Source: Eledone cirrhosa
Taxonomy: Eukaryota
Direction: 5' to 3'
Length of the DNA stretch: 64,000 nucleotides
Assembly (NCBI GenBank): GCA_964016885.1
Contig: OZ024740.1
Coordinates: 171,616,001 to 171,680,000 of the forward strand
Shown here: piece after piece, positions 14,161 through 29,995 of the stretch
Numbering within the stretch: position 1 is the first letter of the stretch
Layout of the letters: every line of letters begins with the position of its first letter
The notes under the pieces: model-generated
Told to the model about the DNA's origin: nothing
Seen by the model: the letters and a program-made list of their open reading frames with translations, nothing else
Database searches by the model: none
Made by a program: the position numbers and the translations under genes

Positions 14161-14939
14161 ATAGATATATATACATATATAGTGGTTTCCAACTCGTTTT
14201 CGAGTACGGCCACTACTTTATATCCATGTAGGAGAAACCCTACCGATGCGCTGAACGAGTGTGACTTTTTAGTCCAGCCAGCGACTTGAAAACTCTGGTA
14301 CAAACACTACACTTGTGACAATTATTGACACATAGTGCTGGGCCCATGGTACCATGTGACGACAAATGCAGAGAGATCTCCAGATATAAAGCAATGCCTG
14401 TGCCGTGAAGCTTTTATAGTGAGCAAAGGCACTGCACAAAGCCAGTCCCACTCTCTTAACCAAGATGATATTTACCAAAAAGAAGAACAAGTCAACATCA
14501 TTGGATACCATCAGGGTTGCAGGTGTTATATCAGAGTTTTCCTTCTCCTAGACTTCTGCCTTGACAAAGGCTAAGGGGTCATCTCTCCCGGTGATTTTGG
14601 ATGGCCATTGACTCTTAAGAGCTCCTTTGCCCTTTGACAGGTTTTATTTTTAGTCCTGCAGGATGTCCAAAGTCACCCTCCTCACCAAGAAACCTTGGTG
14701 GGGTTGCCAGTTTAGTCGCCAACGACCCGACCATGAGACAGGTTGTACTGGGATACATGTTACCAGTAGCACCAACTGGTGACCTGACATACATACATAT
14801 ATACATACATATATACATACATATATATATATACACCTACATATATACACACACATACACATATATGTATATACATACATACATACATATAAACACACAC
14901 ACATATATATATATATACACATACACATGCACATACATA

Positions 14940-15275
14940 CGTGTACCTCTGAGGGTTTTTCTTCTCTTCAACGATCGAATGTTTGAAAGTGCGGGTGTCA
15001 TCAACATCTATTTGGATATTTTTCTTTTTTCATTATGGTCGGACAACGAACATTTCCGAAAATATAAAGAAGAATTCTTCATGAGAAAGTACAAACCACT
15101 ACTGAACACAAAAATGATATTCCATCTTCAAATAATAGGATTCTTCCCCCACCCTCTTTTCTTTAAAAAAGCGCTCAGAAAAATCGAAGTAAGGTGCAAT
15201 AAGTGTGTGAATGTAAGAGGGGAATATGTTGAATAAAATCATAACTGATCCTCCTGTATTCCTTTCAGCACTCGC
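14940..15275 (+). mobile_element. Mariner-like DNA transposon remnant
   Basis: Ends RCNKCVNVRGEYVE*, resembling the mariner transposase C-terminus. Confidence 0.55.
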
Positions 15276-15661
15276 TCGTGTGTGTGTGTGTATATATATA
15301 TACATTATTCATAAATGTAATTTGATATTCTCATATCTGTTATATCCAGTTTTCGTTGTATATATGTTTAATATAAATAAATAGAAAAGGATGGCTGATT
15401 AGGCAGAATTTGTAGAACGTCGGATAAAATGCCATTGCTATATACTCTGGCTCTTTTCATTCTAAGTTTGAATATTGCCGAGGTCAACTTTGCCTTTCAT
15501 CCTTCCGAGACCTGTCAAAAACTGAAGTTGGTTCAATTAACTTTGTTTGCAAAAAATTGAAATCAATAGCAATAAATTGAATTAAAAAAGATTTTAGACT
15601 ACCATGAACATTTTTAGAAACATTGACTTCCTACTTAATTCCTGTTTTTATTTTATTTCAG

Positions 15662-15967
15662 GAGGTTCTACACGGTTTAATGATGGAGGAATTAGATTTG
15701 TTGAATTGTCCGAGCCCAGTAAATTTTTCTGTCCCTACAGTGGACTTGATTTTGTAAACCATTGGTCAATTGGCAGCACTTCGGCTATTTGCAATAGCGC
15801 GAATATTGAAGTTGTAGAAATATATCGCTTCAAAATAATAAATGTCACATGCAGCATCCATGGTTCTACCTTACTAGGTGTTATGATAAGCGGAACAGAA
15901 ATAATGGTAGTTAACTGTATTACAGATAAGCGTAATAATTGGAAGTTCTCGGTTCAACCATTTTTTA
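15662..15967 (+). CDS. Three-Ig membrane protein, coding exon 2 (Ig-like D1)
   Basis: Acceptor ttttatttcag, donor A|GTGAGT, 306 nt phase 1-1, open frame; C-x10-W-x8-C-x19-C-x21-C. Confidence 0.85.
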
Positions 15968-16179
15968 GTGAGTAAGGTTTAATTTAATATCAGTTTTTAT
16001 CATATAAAGACTCAAACCTTTAATTTCGGTTGGGGTTGGAGTACGGTAACTTTCTTATCCTTGCCAATGAAAAAGTGATGAAATATCGTCAAATGTCCAA
16101 CTCGGTTTCTGGCGGCGAATTAGCAGAGTCGTTAAAGCGTCGCATACATTGCTTTACGATATTCGTTCCTGCGATATTT

Positions 16180-16213
<34 letters not shown>

Positions 16214-16419
16214 TCGTCGTCGTCGTCGTCGTCGTTGTTGTTGTTGTTGTTCTTCTTCTTCTTCTTCTTCTACCTTGTATATGTTAACTCGTGTAGCATC
16301 ATATATGGTGTGATGTAATACAGTTCAAACATGACTCCTTTTCATTTTAATTTCCAATATAATATTGAGCGATATTTTGAACTACGCAATCTTTGTGCGT
16401 CCATTATACGGTGTTCCGC

Positions 16420-17310
16420 CGTATGGCTGGAGGACTCCTTGGTTCAATCAAGAGGTCAAAGATGCCATCCGGGCAAAAAGAAGGCCTACAAAGCTTGGCT
16501 CGGAAATAAATCCTCCTTCTTGGACTTGCGGTACAAGCGGGCACCAAAAATTACAGCAGAGACAGTAAAGGCGACATTGGATGAGTTTAGGGTTAAGCTG
16601 GAATCCGACTTTAGATCACCCCAAAAAGTGTTCAGGCAGACCATCCGCCATCTTCGTAATAATAAATCTTCCTACACACTTGCTATCAGGAACTCGTCTG
16701 GGCTTCTCTCTCTTCAGGCAGGTGCATCCTCAACTGATTACAACTGCAACTTCTGATGTATATGAAGTGCATCTGGGAGCGGTAACTAAGCTCTCGGAGG
16801 TTGAAGTCACAAGAGCAGTTAAAGAGCTCAAATATGGCAATGCCACTGAGGAAGATGAAATCCGGCCCGAGTTGTTAAAAGCCTTAAATAGAGAAGGTAT
16901 TCTCTGGCTGACTCTTGTGTGCCGAGTGGCCTGGATCTCTGGAAAGCCAACTAAGCAATGGCAATCGGGAGTGATAATCCTAATTTTCAAAAAGGGAGAC
17001 AAGAGACATTGTTCCAATTACAGAGGGATATCCTTGTCAAGCCTCAGTAAAGTCTATGCTAAGTGTCTGGCAAAGAGATGCAGGAAAATTGTCGAGTCCA
17101 AGTTAGCTGATGGACAGTGCAGTCTTCGCTCCGGGCGCAACACAGTCGATCAAATATTCACACTGCGGCAGATCGAGAAATTATGGGAGTATTGCCAAGC
17201 GGTATATTCTTGTTTTGTAGACCTCGAAATGGCATATGACCGCTTTCCTCGGGACCTACAGCAGAAGGTTGTGCAGGAGTATGGAATCGATGGTCAGCCT
17301 TCACGTGAAA
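16420..17310 (+). mobile_element. RTE-clade LINE internal fragment in intron
   Basis: TPWFNQEVKDAIRAK, EDEIRPELLK, IFKKGDKRHCSNYRGISL, TVDQIFTLRQ, CFVDLEMAYDR; same family as 35770-37840. Confidence 0.88.
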
Positions 17311-17738
17311 TTAACCTGTACGTGGCTGCGCATTCCATGAATATGCGTACTTTTAATGTAATTCGCAAATAGTTTCAGTGCACCATAGTGTGTTACAAGG
17401 CGGGCCTCTTGAATTACACTTAAAGACCCTCCGACGAGCTTCCAAACAATTTCCGTCAACTCATAAAGTTTGGGTCGACCTGACTAAATGGCATTTGTCC
17501 AAGATACCAAACAGTGGGATAACACTTGGGACCTTATGGTTGCGAAGCGAGTTTCTTTTACATTCGACTATGCTGCATCCACAGTCTCAAATACATGTTT
17601 ATTAAATACCACTAACATACCAATACAACTTTATAGGGAGTATTCTTTTTCACCCGATTTCTCTCCAATATCACTAAAATTAATATTTCTTTAATGTTAT
17701 TTTAGGTGTTTATTCACACATATAATTTTCTGTTCCAG

Positions 17739-18059
17739 ACAACAATGGCACACATCTGATTTCGCTCTATAACCACCATCCAATGCAAGTCGATGATAGT
17801 TTAAGTCTGGTGTGTAATATAATGAAGAGCACCGTTGTTTCTTGGTACCTTGGAGATGGTAGTTTACTTGCCTTTTATATACACTGCATTGATTTAGATA
17901 ATCGATATACAAAATTTGGAGAACGACTTATTGTCGAATGTAACCGTGACGAACACAAATCATATCTACATATCACATCTGTGAAACTATCTGATGGTAA
18001 TTTTCGGATTATTTGCAAGACACGCACCCACGTTAGTGATATAAGTATATTGACCACCA
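17739..18059 (+). CDS. Three-Ig membrane protein, coding exon 3 (Ig-like D2, V/I-set-like)
   Basis: Acceptor ttttctgttccag, donor A|GTAAGT, 321 nt phase 1-1; LSLVC, VSWY, SYLHITSVKLSD, IICKT. Confidence 0.88.
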
Positions 18060-18195
18060 GTAAGTATTTCATTTTCCTTAATAAAAGATTAGACATGAAG
18101 TTGTCACTTTATAGCATATTTTCTTAATTGTACTAAGTTGAACTAAGTTTCTCCCTATTTGATTAGTTGTTCATTTATTTTCACATATTTTTCAG

Positions 18196-18507
18196 AGCCG
18201 TCTGATTATGTGGATAATGACCTCGGTTACAAGGAGACATTGTTGAATACAAATACAGATGTTTTTTGCCCGATTGAAGATGAGGATAAATTGAACACGT
18301 GGAAAATTAATAGCACGTTAATTTTATGTGAAAAAGTAACCCCGGATTCGACCTATATCAGATCCTCATTCATTATATCAAAAGTTACATGTCATGGTAA
18401 AAAACCCAAACTTCAAATCAAAATTGTCCGTAAAGTCAAGGAACTACAAGTGTTTTGCAGAACTACGAAAAATATAACCTCTAGAATCACATTGAAACTG
18501 AAACCAG
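18196..18507 (+). CDS. Three-Ig membrane protein, coding exon 4 (Ig-like D3, paralogous to D1)
   Basis: Acceptor tatttttcag, donor G|GTAAGT, 312 nt phase 1-1; C-x10-W-x8-C-x20-C-x21-C. Confidence 0.88.
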
Positions 18508-18589
18508 GTAAGTATATATATTAACATGTTTGACACTTATACTATAACATCTTTTCTATTGGTTTTGTCAAAATGAAGGAAGTACTACT

Positions 18590-19790
18590 CATTACATTCA
18601 CAAGGCCTCTCAAACTGAGAGATTGTTGCGGCTGATGTTCAGTTTAAACATTTGAAAATTGACGTCTGCAGTAAAAAACACGAGTGAAAAGGCATAAAGA
18701 AGCGTGTAGTAAGATTGAAATTTAAAAGTGTAGTTCCTTTTTTTGCAAAGTTTACTACAAGGCATATTAACTAACGAAGAAGAAAGCTTTGCCACGTTAA
18801 GATTCTTCCCTTGTGCCATGCGAACCCTGCATCTGGATGACTTGAAAACATTAGCAAGCGATGATCAGAGAAGCAGGTAGTTCTTCTCATTGCTAGAGTA
18901 TGATGAATGCTTTGGGTGTGCTGTTGCCTCACGATGATAAAGTCAACCTAGTGCCAGTGCCTAGATCGCGGATTCATCCAGGATCATTTATATTTGTTTT
19001 TCCGTTAGAAAACGTATTGATGATGATAAAATGATGCTGAGTGCATATGAACAAGAGGAAAGGGCTGCTGCTGTTTTTCTCCCCTACTCTTTTCCAAGTA
19101 GATCGTTCGACATCGATACGAGCATTGAAGTCTCTCAGGTTCATAAGATTGTCGGAGAGAGGAGTTGATTTCGGCCATATGGGTTATAGTTGTTGTACAC
19201 GCACAGATCACGGAGACATAATCTCTGTCAAATTGGAGGCGCAGTACCATAACATCTTTAATTCCGTACGACAAGGAGTAAAAAAATCTGGTGGTAGTAG
19301 GCCTTCTCTGCAAAAGCCGATCTGTTGGAGACTCTTTTTTTCGGACGTTCACTACAGAAGAACGTGTAGCCTCAGCTATTTCCCACCAGATAGGCAAATG
19401 TTTCTCAAAGCTGTCAGCAATATTTTAGCGATGTAGTTCCTGGATATTTGTGTTGTCTTGCAGACAATGTAGCAATGTTTATTTTCATGTAGCAATGTTT
19501 AACTTCTTCTTCTTCTTGTTTGCGCCGAAGTAAATGATCCAATGAAGGGTAGAGCAAGTTTTGTCTGGAGGTGATTTTATATCTCAACTCTTTTGGGAGA
19601 AGGCAATGCTATCCTTGAATCGAGTTGCATTGTCGTCTGGGCAGAATACAAACTGGGCTGTTGCCCTGGTCAACACCAGAAAGACCATCCCTCTCAGATC
19701 ACCATGAGTAGGCAATTGTGGGTAGAGACTCCTAAGCAGGAGATGAAGATGGAACTTGATATTGCTAGTTTGACACATGGAGTTGTTAGT
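18590..19790 (-). mobile_element. Highly decayed LINE-like fragments in intron (probably RTE)
   Basis: Raised GC and scattered LINE-like peptides (e.g. VSVICACTTT); no continuous frame. Confidence 0.4.
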
Positions 19791-20367
19791 ATAGCAGTTG
19801 TTTTAGTTATGGAGATATCCCCATCGAATGCCTAGGTGTTAAACCAATCCTACTAGAAACCAGTGCTTGATCTTATCGCTCTGTTTCTCGACAGTTTGAG
19901 GATATTGTACATAGAGAAAACCCGACGAGCTCAAGGTTTTCTAATAAGACAAGCCTAAACCTATCCCCATTCATGCCGTGACTGGTATTCCATGCCCATA
20001 TTGTGTATCCTGCTTAAGCAGTTCTTTCCGTGTTATCGCGTAGTTAGTTGTACACGTTCACGACATTATGGTAGTAGTCCACCGCAAAATATTTTGTACA
20101 GCAAGGCTAGCCACACACACGCACATACACTCACACACGCACGCGCACACACGCATACACACTCAGAAACACACATACACACTCACACGTACACACATAC
20201 ACACACACACGCGCACCCCACACTCTCTCACACACACAAACACACACACACACGCATACACACATGTGTACGCTGCATTGGAATTATTCAAATTATTTCC
20301 TCTTATACTGATTACTTTATTTTCTTCCAGTGTTGGTTAATTTCGTTATTTCTTAAATCTTTTGCAG

Positions 20368-20489
20368 ATGAAGGACTGCCCTTGTATTTGATGATCGTCA
20401 TATTTTTAATATTGGGAGTATTTTTCCTGGTAGTTCTTACAGTTCTCTACTTCAAATATACCCCTCGTGATACTAGGGAACCACAGTGA
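20368..20489 (+). CDS. Three-Ig membrane protein, coding exon 5 (TM helix, short tail, stop)
   Basis: Acceptor tcttttgcag; DEGLPLYLMIVIFLILGVFFLVVLTVLYFKYTPRDTREPQ*; phase matches exon 4. Confidence 0.85.
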
Positions 20490-20520
20490 TATAGTGATTC
20501 TTCTCATTTTTAAATTAGAG

Positions 20521-20526
20521 AATAAA
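20521..20526 (+). promoter_or_regulatory. Candidate polyadenylation signal
   Basis: AATAAA about 30 nt after the stop; weak evidence in AT-rich DNA. Confidence 0.3.
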
Positions 20527-21339
20527 TGTTAAACTATATGACGGATTCCTCCTATTTTCTTTGAAAAGTTCACACTTGTATATACATTTAATACATTGTA
20601 TATCAAGAGGCAAATTCAAAATAACATAACAGCATTCATTTAACACAAATAATTAAAACTGTATTAGTAAATGAAATTTAAAAAAATAAAAAAAATATTA
20701 TTTTAACATAAATAATTCAAATTCTTTTTTCTTCTTTCTTTAAACGATCGACAAAATACCAGACCTCATTTGTTTACCGAGTTGGGTGGGGATTGTCAAA
20801 TCAGATGGAAGGCAAAGTTGACTTTGACGGGAGTTGAATTCAGAGCACAGAGAGTCAAAACGAATATCGTAAAGCATTGTATTGACATTCTGACAACTCT
20901 ACCAATTCACCGCCATAATCTATATTTTACCAAACAATAAATCAAACAAAATTTGTTTAAAAAAGAAGAAAAAAAACATGATTTTAATTAAATTTTATCT
21001 AAACGTACAATATCTAACGGAAACCCAGATTTTTTTCGCGGAACACTCTTTAGGAAACCCTTACTAGTTATCACACTTAATTTTTTTTCTCCTTTTCTTT
21101 TATTAGCAATTTCTAGTGTCATATTATCACGGGAGATAACTGCATCATTATCAGGCTGGAAGGGAGGCAACCTACATATTTATTTCCAGCATTAACACGA
21201 CACCACACATTCATTTGTAAGGGAATTTGTACAATTAGTTGTTTTAATGTCGGAGTATGAGTGTTTTGTTTTGTCAACCCCGGAGATGTGAAATACAAAA
21301 CAACTTCGATGTAGAAAGACGGGTCTATATATAGTCTGT

Positions 21340-21665
21340 CTTCGCCGCACTAGAATTATGCAAATATTTGACTGAATGGTTAAGATGTTTGCTTCGCAAC
21401 CTTGAGCAAGTGACTTTACAATAGCCTCGGATCGATACAAGCCTTGAGAGGGATACAGAGTAGGCGGAGACAGTATGGAAGCCCATCGGACAGATTACAC
21501 ATGTAATTCAAAGCTCCAGCTTTGTCACATATTGTGTCACGCTGATTCCGTTTGGAAATTAATTTAAGGTATACATGCATGTGGAATACTCAACCATTTA
21601 CACGTTAATTCACGAGTTGGAGATTCGGTTGCTGGAACAACTGAATGCTAATCATTTAAAATGAC
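21340..21665 (+). mobile_element. SINE family 2 (tRNA head, CORE/V-like body), diverged
   Basis: GGTTAAGATGTTTGCTTCGCAACC, CCTTGAGCAAGTGACTTTAC; related minus copies near 11645, 26570, 34040, 45530, 47345. Confidence 0.6.
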
Positions 21666-22344
21666 GGAGGAACTATCTTCATAATCAGCATCGCCATCAC
21701 CATCATGATTATCACCACCTCTACCATCAGCATAACAACCACTAACACCACCACCATCATCATTATCATCATCATCAGATTCTTCTGGTTAAGTAGAGGT
21801 CTTATATTTTTAAGTGGTGGAAATCTTACATTCAGATCTTACCATCGGGAATGTAATCTAAGGTTTACTGCCCTTGAAGGCGGCATATTGGCAAATTCGT
21901 TAGCGCATCGGATTAAAATTGACCCGGTATTTTTTCAAATCCTACCAAGGTCAACTTTTACTTTTTATCCTTTCGAGGTCGATAAATAAAGTATTAGTTT
22001 AATACTGGGATCGGTTCTTCCGCTGTCTCTCTTTATTACTCTCTCTCTCTCTCCTGACGTATCCATATTGTTGTTATTATTTTAACTATTCAGTATCTAG
22101 TTATTTTATTATTGATATTATTGTTCTGGTTTAATACCACTCCTCTATAAAAGCATGCCTTGTGTATCTTCCTCACTTTCGCATGCTCTGATGAAAACGA
22201 CAGGTTATAAACAAAGTATTGGAGATCGATTGACGCAACATCAAGCGAGTAGCGAACTCTAGACCTATCAGATCAAAGAAACAATTGTCAGCAATGTGAA
22301 TAAAGCCGTTATTGTATAGCAAACCATGTCACTCTTCTATCTTG

Positions 22345-22386
<42 letters not shown>

Positions 22387-22478
22387 ATAATAATAAATTT
22401 GAAGACTAAAATCCAAAGAGGCTCAATAAGGAGGATAAATATATATCAAATATATAAGAACCGTAGAGTAAATATTTA

Positions 22479-22604
22479 TTAAAATAACAGAATAAAGTTT
22501 AAGCAAAGAATCGGTGCTTTCACCCTTAACGGCATCTTCTGAGTTTCAGAAGATCCCGTTAAGGGTGAAAGCAGCGATTCTTTGCTTAAACTTTAAATCT
22601 GTTA

Positions 22605-22611
<7 letters not shown>
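22479..22611. repeat. Palindromic PLE-like terminal fragment with degenerate HHR-like motif
   Basis: Arms of about 63 bp around GTT; contains CAGAAGA-T-CCC-GTTAA-GGG-T-GAAA; same family at 40050-40230. Confidence 0.75.
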
Positions 22612-22687
<76 letters not shown>

Positions 22688-23091
22688 GGTCTACGATTTC
22701 ACAGAATTTATGTTTACCGAATTCACAGACTAGACCCCTTCTTCCTCCCGTTAGACCTGTGCGAAATTCCTTCCTTGCTCACATTTCAACCAGGTTTGAT
22801 GGTCTTTATTCTCTCTCGTTCACGATTTCACCGAATTTAAATTCATAGAAATTTGGGACTTGACTCCTTCTTCCTCACTTTTCGTTGCTTCACCATTTTT
22901 GTTTGTTTACACTCGTGTCCCTTTATTTACGTGTCCCAACGACTTTTTTTAGCCGTTGCTCGCACCAACCGGAGGTATATGGTCTTTAAAGCGATGAAAT
23001 ACCAATGATGGTTGGAAGATCACTGATGAAGGACTAACTTTATTCATATGTAACCCATTAGCAACCCCGCAGCACGTTTATTCTCATATTT

Positions 23092-23182
<91 letters not shown>

Positions 23183-23811
23183 CACACATATATATATACA
23201 CATATATAATTGAAATAAATGAGACACGGAATATTATAAACGCTATGAAAGAACGACAGAATGATAGTTTTTGCGTGATTATATTTATACATATAAATGA
23301 TCCGTTGAAAAATGAAGAAATGATTAATGTCAACCCTAAAGAAATCATTATTATTGTCTTTTTTTTGTTGTTGTGGTGTTTGTTTCTGGACTATTGTTAT
23401 TGCATGAAAGTAAGAAAATATCTCGCTCAAACGCCTTTTTTGAAACCAAAGTGCTGTGAACTTCGGTGGGGTCGATACGGAGATGATGTGTAACCAGGCA
23501 GAAATTGTATATTGAGCGTAACCAAATGATGTCTAATCACTATATAAAATGCGGTTACACTACATTATCAGCGATATATATATATACACATACACATACT
23601 GCACGTGTATATAAATGAAAGTTATATATGAAAGTTAAATATATATATATATGTGTGTGTGTTTGTGTTTCTGTACACACAGTCAAACACACACACACAC
23701 ACACACACATGCACACATAGACACACACATATATATATATACACAGAGAGATAGATAGATAGATAGATAGATTGAGAGAGAGAGATAGATAGATAGATAG
23801 AGAGATAGAGA

Positions 23812-23882
<71 letters not shown>

Positions 23883-24031
23883 AGAAAGGAGGAATAGAGA
23901 TTCACATCGTGTAATCGCAGCAATGTACAATAAAGAAAGTACCGAATTTTACAAGCAGATTAGGTGTATTCAGTTTTTGTTTTTTGACATGATCTATTTT
24001 CTCTCTCTCACTCACACACACACTCTCGCTC

Positions 24032-26132
<2,101 letters not shown>

Positions 26133-26982
26133 ATAATAGTAGAATGACAAATTTTTATGCCCTCATTGCATTTATTTAGTATTGACGCGCGTTTCGCTAT
26201 TGATCAGCTCAAGGTTCGATCTGGCTCGACTCTGGAATCAAAAGCTATTGTTTAAATTCCAATGAGAGAGTCTTGTGTCTATGTATAGAAATTGCCTCGC
26301 TCTCTATGGCTAAAAATTTATAAAATTATAAAACCAGAAGAACATACATACATACATGCATACATGCACAGATGCATACATGCATACATACATACATACA
26401 TACATACATGCATACATGCATACATACATACATGCATGCATACATACATACATACATACATACGTACATGCATACATGCATACATACATGCATGCATACA
26501 TGCTTACATACATACATACATGCATACATACATACATGCATACACATTCATACACGACAGACTGCTACATAGCTCTCCGTCAACCAAATTCCACTCACAA
26601 GGCACTTTTCAACCGGAAGTGACATTTGAAGTAACTTACTAAATATGCCGTGCAGTGTAATCGAGCACGTAAGGAGATGATTAAGACGGTAACCTTTTAA
26701 ACATTTCATCACTCTATTTCTAATAAAATACAGTCTATTTCATTCAACTAATAAATGAATAATTTTGAGAGGCTTACTTAAATGACCAATCGTTTCATTA
26801 CTAAAATAGCAACTTACCATATGATTCTTATGTAAAATTACGTTGGAACATTTAAATTTAAATAAGGAACCTTTAAAATTAGTGGTTTTGTTTCGTAGAA
26901 TCAGGTTTTGAACGTGTTGGTACCAAAAGGGTTAAAGCATTCAAGCATGGCTATATATACATATACATACATATATACATAC

Positions 26983-27025
<43 letters not shown>

Positions 27026-27303
27026 AAAGTTCAATTTAAATTGTTGGGATACAACAAGCAAATATTATTATAACTGATATAAAGCACTCGACAAATATTT
27101 GGAGTAGATATACAATATTAATAAATGGATGGCCTCCAAAAACAACGGTCACCTTTTTGAAAGGGTACGTCAATTATCTATTTGTAAAACTGTTATATAT
27201 TGTATTTTGTCTGATGAAGGCATACCATGATTTAACTTGGTATCCTTGAAATATATATAATGAAATAAATATGGTTTTATAAATATAGTTTCCATTTATT
27301 AAT

Positions 27304-27349
<46 letters not shown>

Positions 27350-27351
<2 letters not shown>

Positions 27352-27534
27352 CTGAGTTTTTCGAATATTAATAATAACATTCGATTCGTTTGCAATTATG
27401 CAAACAAGCCTAAATTTTATAGCCATGTCAGTAGAATGAACCCTTCATTCTACTCACATGGCTATAAAATTGAGGCTTGTTTGCATAATTGCAAACGAAT
27501 CGAATGTTATTATTAATATTCGAAAAACTCAGAT
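27350..27534. repeat. Near-perfect palindrome, ~90-bp arms
   Basis: TCTGAGTTTTTCGAATATT...AGTAGAATGAA-CCC-TTCATTCTACT...AATATTCGAAAAACTCAGA next to (TA)n. Confidence 0.9.
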
Positions 27535-27586
27535 CACATTTATTGTATTCAGCCATGTAGAGCGAAATTTTCTTTACACACACACG

Positions 27587-27655
<69 letters not shown>

Positions 27656-27681
27656 GCGCACGCACGCACGCACGCACACGC

Positions 27682-27729
<48 letters not shown>

Positions 27730-27897
27730 GTAAATATATATAAGCAATGAGTTGATTATTCAACAAATTTAGTTTATAACAGATTAGAAGCACTCAATAG
27801 AATTCTTCTGGAGTATAATATCAATAATATTAATAAATGGAAACTATCTTTAAATAAATATTGTTTTCTACAGATAGTTTCCATTTATTAATATTAT

Positions 27898-27954
<57 letters not shown>

Positions 27955-27957
<3 letters not shown>

Positions 27958-28146
27958 CGAAGGAAATGTGGTAAGGAACCAGGTGGACCATAACGCACCA
28001 AAGTACTCAATACTTAGGGTAGTAGAGTGTTTAATAGGAACCAGTAAGACCCCGACGGCTGAGCTCAAGCCGTTTCGACGGCTAATTCTGGACGCAGAAT
28101 TAGCCGTCGAAACGGTTTGAGCTCAGCCGTCGGGGTCTTACTGGTT

Positions 28147-28200
<54 letters not shown>

Positions 28201-28415
28201 GGAAAACAAAGAATCAGTGAAGCATCGAAACACAATTTATTAACGTATTACAATTGTTTCTCCACCGAACAGCTCGAGGTGCGATCTGAAAATCCAGAGT
28301 CAGGTTCGATCCACAAATAGATCGCACCTCGAGCTGTTCGGTGGAGAAACAGTTGTAATACGTTAATAAATTGTGTTTCGATGCTTCACTGATTCTTCGT
28401 TTTCCATATTATTAT
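27955..28415. repeat. Two adjacent palindromic PLE-like terminal fragments separated by (TA)n
   Basis: 28033-28150 inverted about GACG; 28195-28415 inverted about a ~30-nt spacer and carrying the HHR 3' half GAAA-CAGTTG-TA. Confidence 0.85.
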
Positions 28416-28544
28416 ATTCTGCTGCGAAGGAGTATAGAGTGGTCCACCGGCATACCGCCTATGGAAGCATCCAAGCAACTTTATCACAAATATATATATA
28501 TATATATAAATTATTTAGAAGTGAAGCATATCAATTTGTCTCTG

Positions 28545-28672
28545 GATGTTTACTGAGGAGAGCAGGACATGATATTCCTACACTTATTTAACTCGAAACA
28601 CATTTGGATCTTAAAGTCTAAACTTATCTACGGAACAGGTTTGATTTTGAAATTTAAATGTGTCTAAACATC
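28545..28672 (+). ncRNA. Type I hammerhead ribozyme with extended helices II and III
   Basis: Helix I GATGTTTA/TAAACATC; CTGAGGA 28553; helix II GAG/CTC; GAAA 28595; helix III ACACATTT/AAATGTGT extending about 25 bp; GUC site, cut after 28664. Confidence 0.85.
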
Positions 28673-29267
28673 ACGGCCTTTTGGCAATACAGTTCGTCTC
28701 CGTTGATTTATTATTTTAAATCGATATGGACAAACTGTAGTATAATAATTAGTATACTTCAATCTGGCTAAATTTTTCTTTTGCAATATATATACAGATG
28801 TGTTGGTATCTGTGTTTCATCACATACATATTAATTTATATATATATATATATATATATATGGGATAACAAGTTATCGTTATAGGTAATCCGGTTAGAGG
28901 TTGTGAGGACTCTGTACTATGGAAAGTTTTAACGTACGGCTTTGTTTGACTCAACACGAGGTTTCCTTAGTTAGGTGGCGAGTTTGCGTGAATTACCATG
29001 CAGGTCATTCTTGGAGTAATAGTAGTGAAGGATTGAAGAATACCATGGTCGGCTGTACATTGATCAGGTGAGTCTAAAGGCCGCTAATCACTCGAAATTG
29101 CGTCACTCGACCTTAAATACAGTGCGTGTCTTTGATCAATTCATCGGAATACTGTACGACCGACCTTGTTATTCTTCACTCTTTCACTATATATATAATC
29201 AAGGTTTAGCAAATAAGAAAAAGTTTAAAAATAAATTTCAAAAAATTCACTGTACTCACTATGGTTA

Positions 29268-29351
29268 CCTTTACCGAACGGTTTCGAGTCTCAACAATAA
29301 ATGGATAGTCCCTGCGGGCCTCCATTGAAAAGATAAACTCTCGCCAGAAAG
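29268..29351 (-). ncRNA. Type I HHR with core substitution (CTGGCGA)
   Basis: CTTT-CTGGCGA-GAGTTT...AGACTC-GAAA-CCG-TT-CGG-TA-AAGG; three helices form; A6G change probably inactivating. Confidence 0.65.
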
Positions 29352-29628
29352 TTCTTTTCACTCAGAGAATATAAAATTCCCGAGTTCGAATTACGAACTG
29401 GCGTTATTCAAAATTGTTCGCGAGATGAGAATGAATGATGTGGAAGCAATTCTGTCCAGTGCCGTGTGCAAAGATAGAAGGCAGAGGCAGGGAGGTCAAT
29501 CTATTACCACTATAAATAGCAGCAGTCAAAACGACCACATTTTATCTCGACCAGGGGGAGATTAATAATAATAAAGTACATTTCCCTTCACGCAAAAAAC
29601 ATATAGGGACACATGTATTATCCAACCG

Positions 29629-29724
<96 letters not shown>

Positions 29725-29860
29725 GTGGTAGAACACTGGAAGGTAACATCCGTAGTGGTAGAGCACTCAGTCCATGGGACGAGTTAGGTAGAAGTGGTTA
29801 CACAACAGTTAGTTCACCATACCGAGAACAACTGCTTCACCTTAGCGGAACCTCAGCTCG

Positions 29861-29995
<135 letters not shown>

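Noticed and set aside
16030-16287. Hydrophobic ORF as an alternative TM exon
   Set aside because: The V/L run comes from (GTC)n(GTT)n(CTT)n repeats after a SINE head.
26180-26215. Minus-strand GAAACGCGCGTC HHR 3' half
   Set aside because: No matching CTGANGA core upstream.
27205-27265. HHR-like CTGATGA...GAAA
   Set aside because: Helix II forms but helix I does not; degenerate and not counted.
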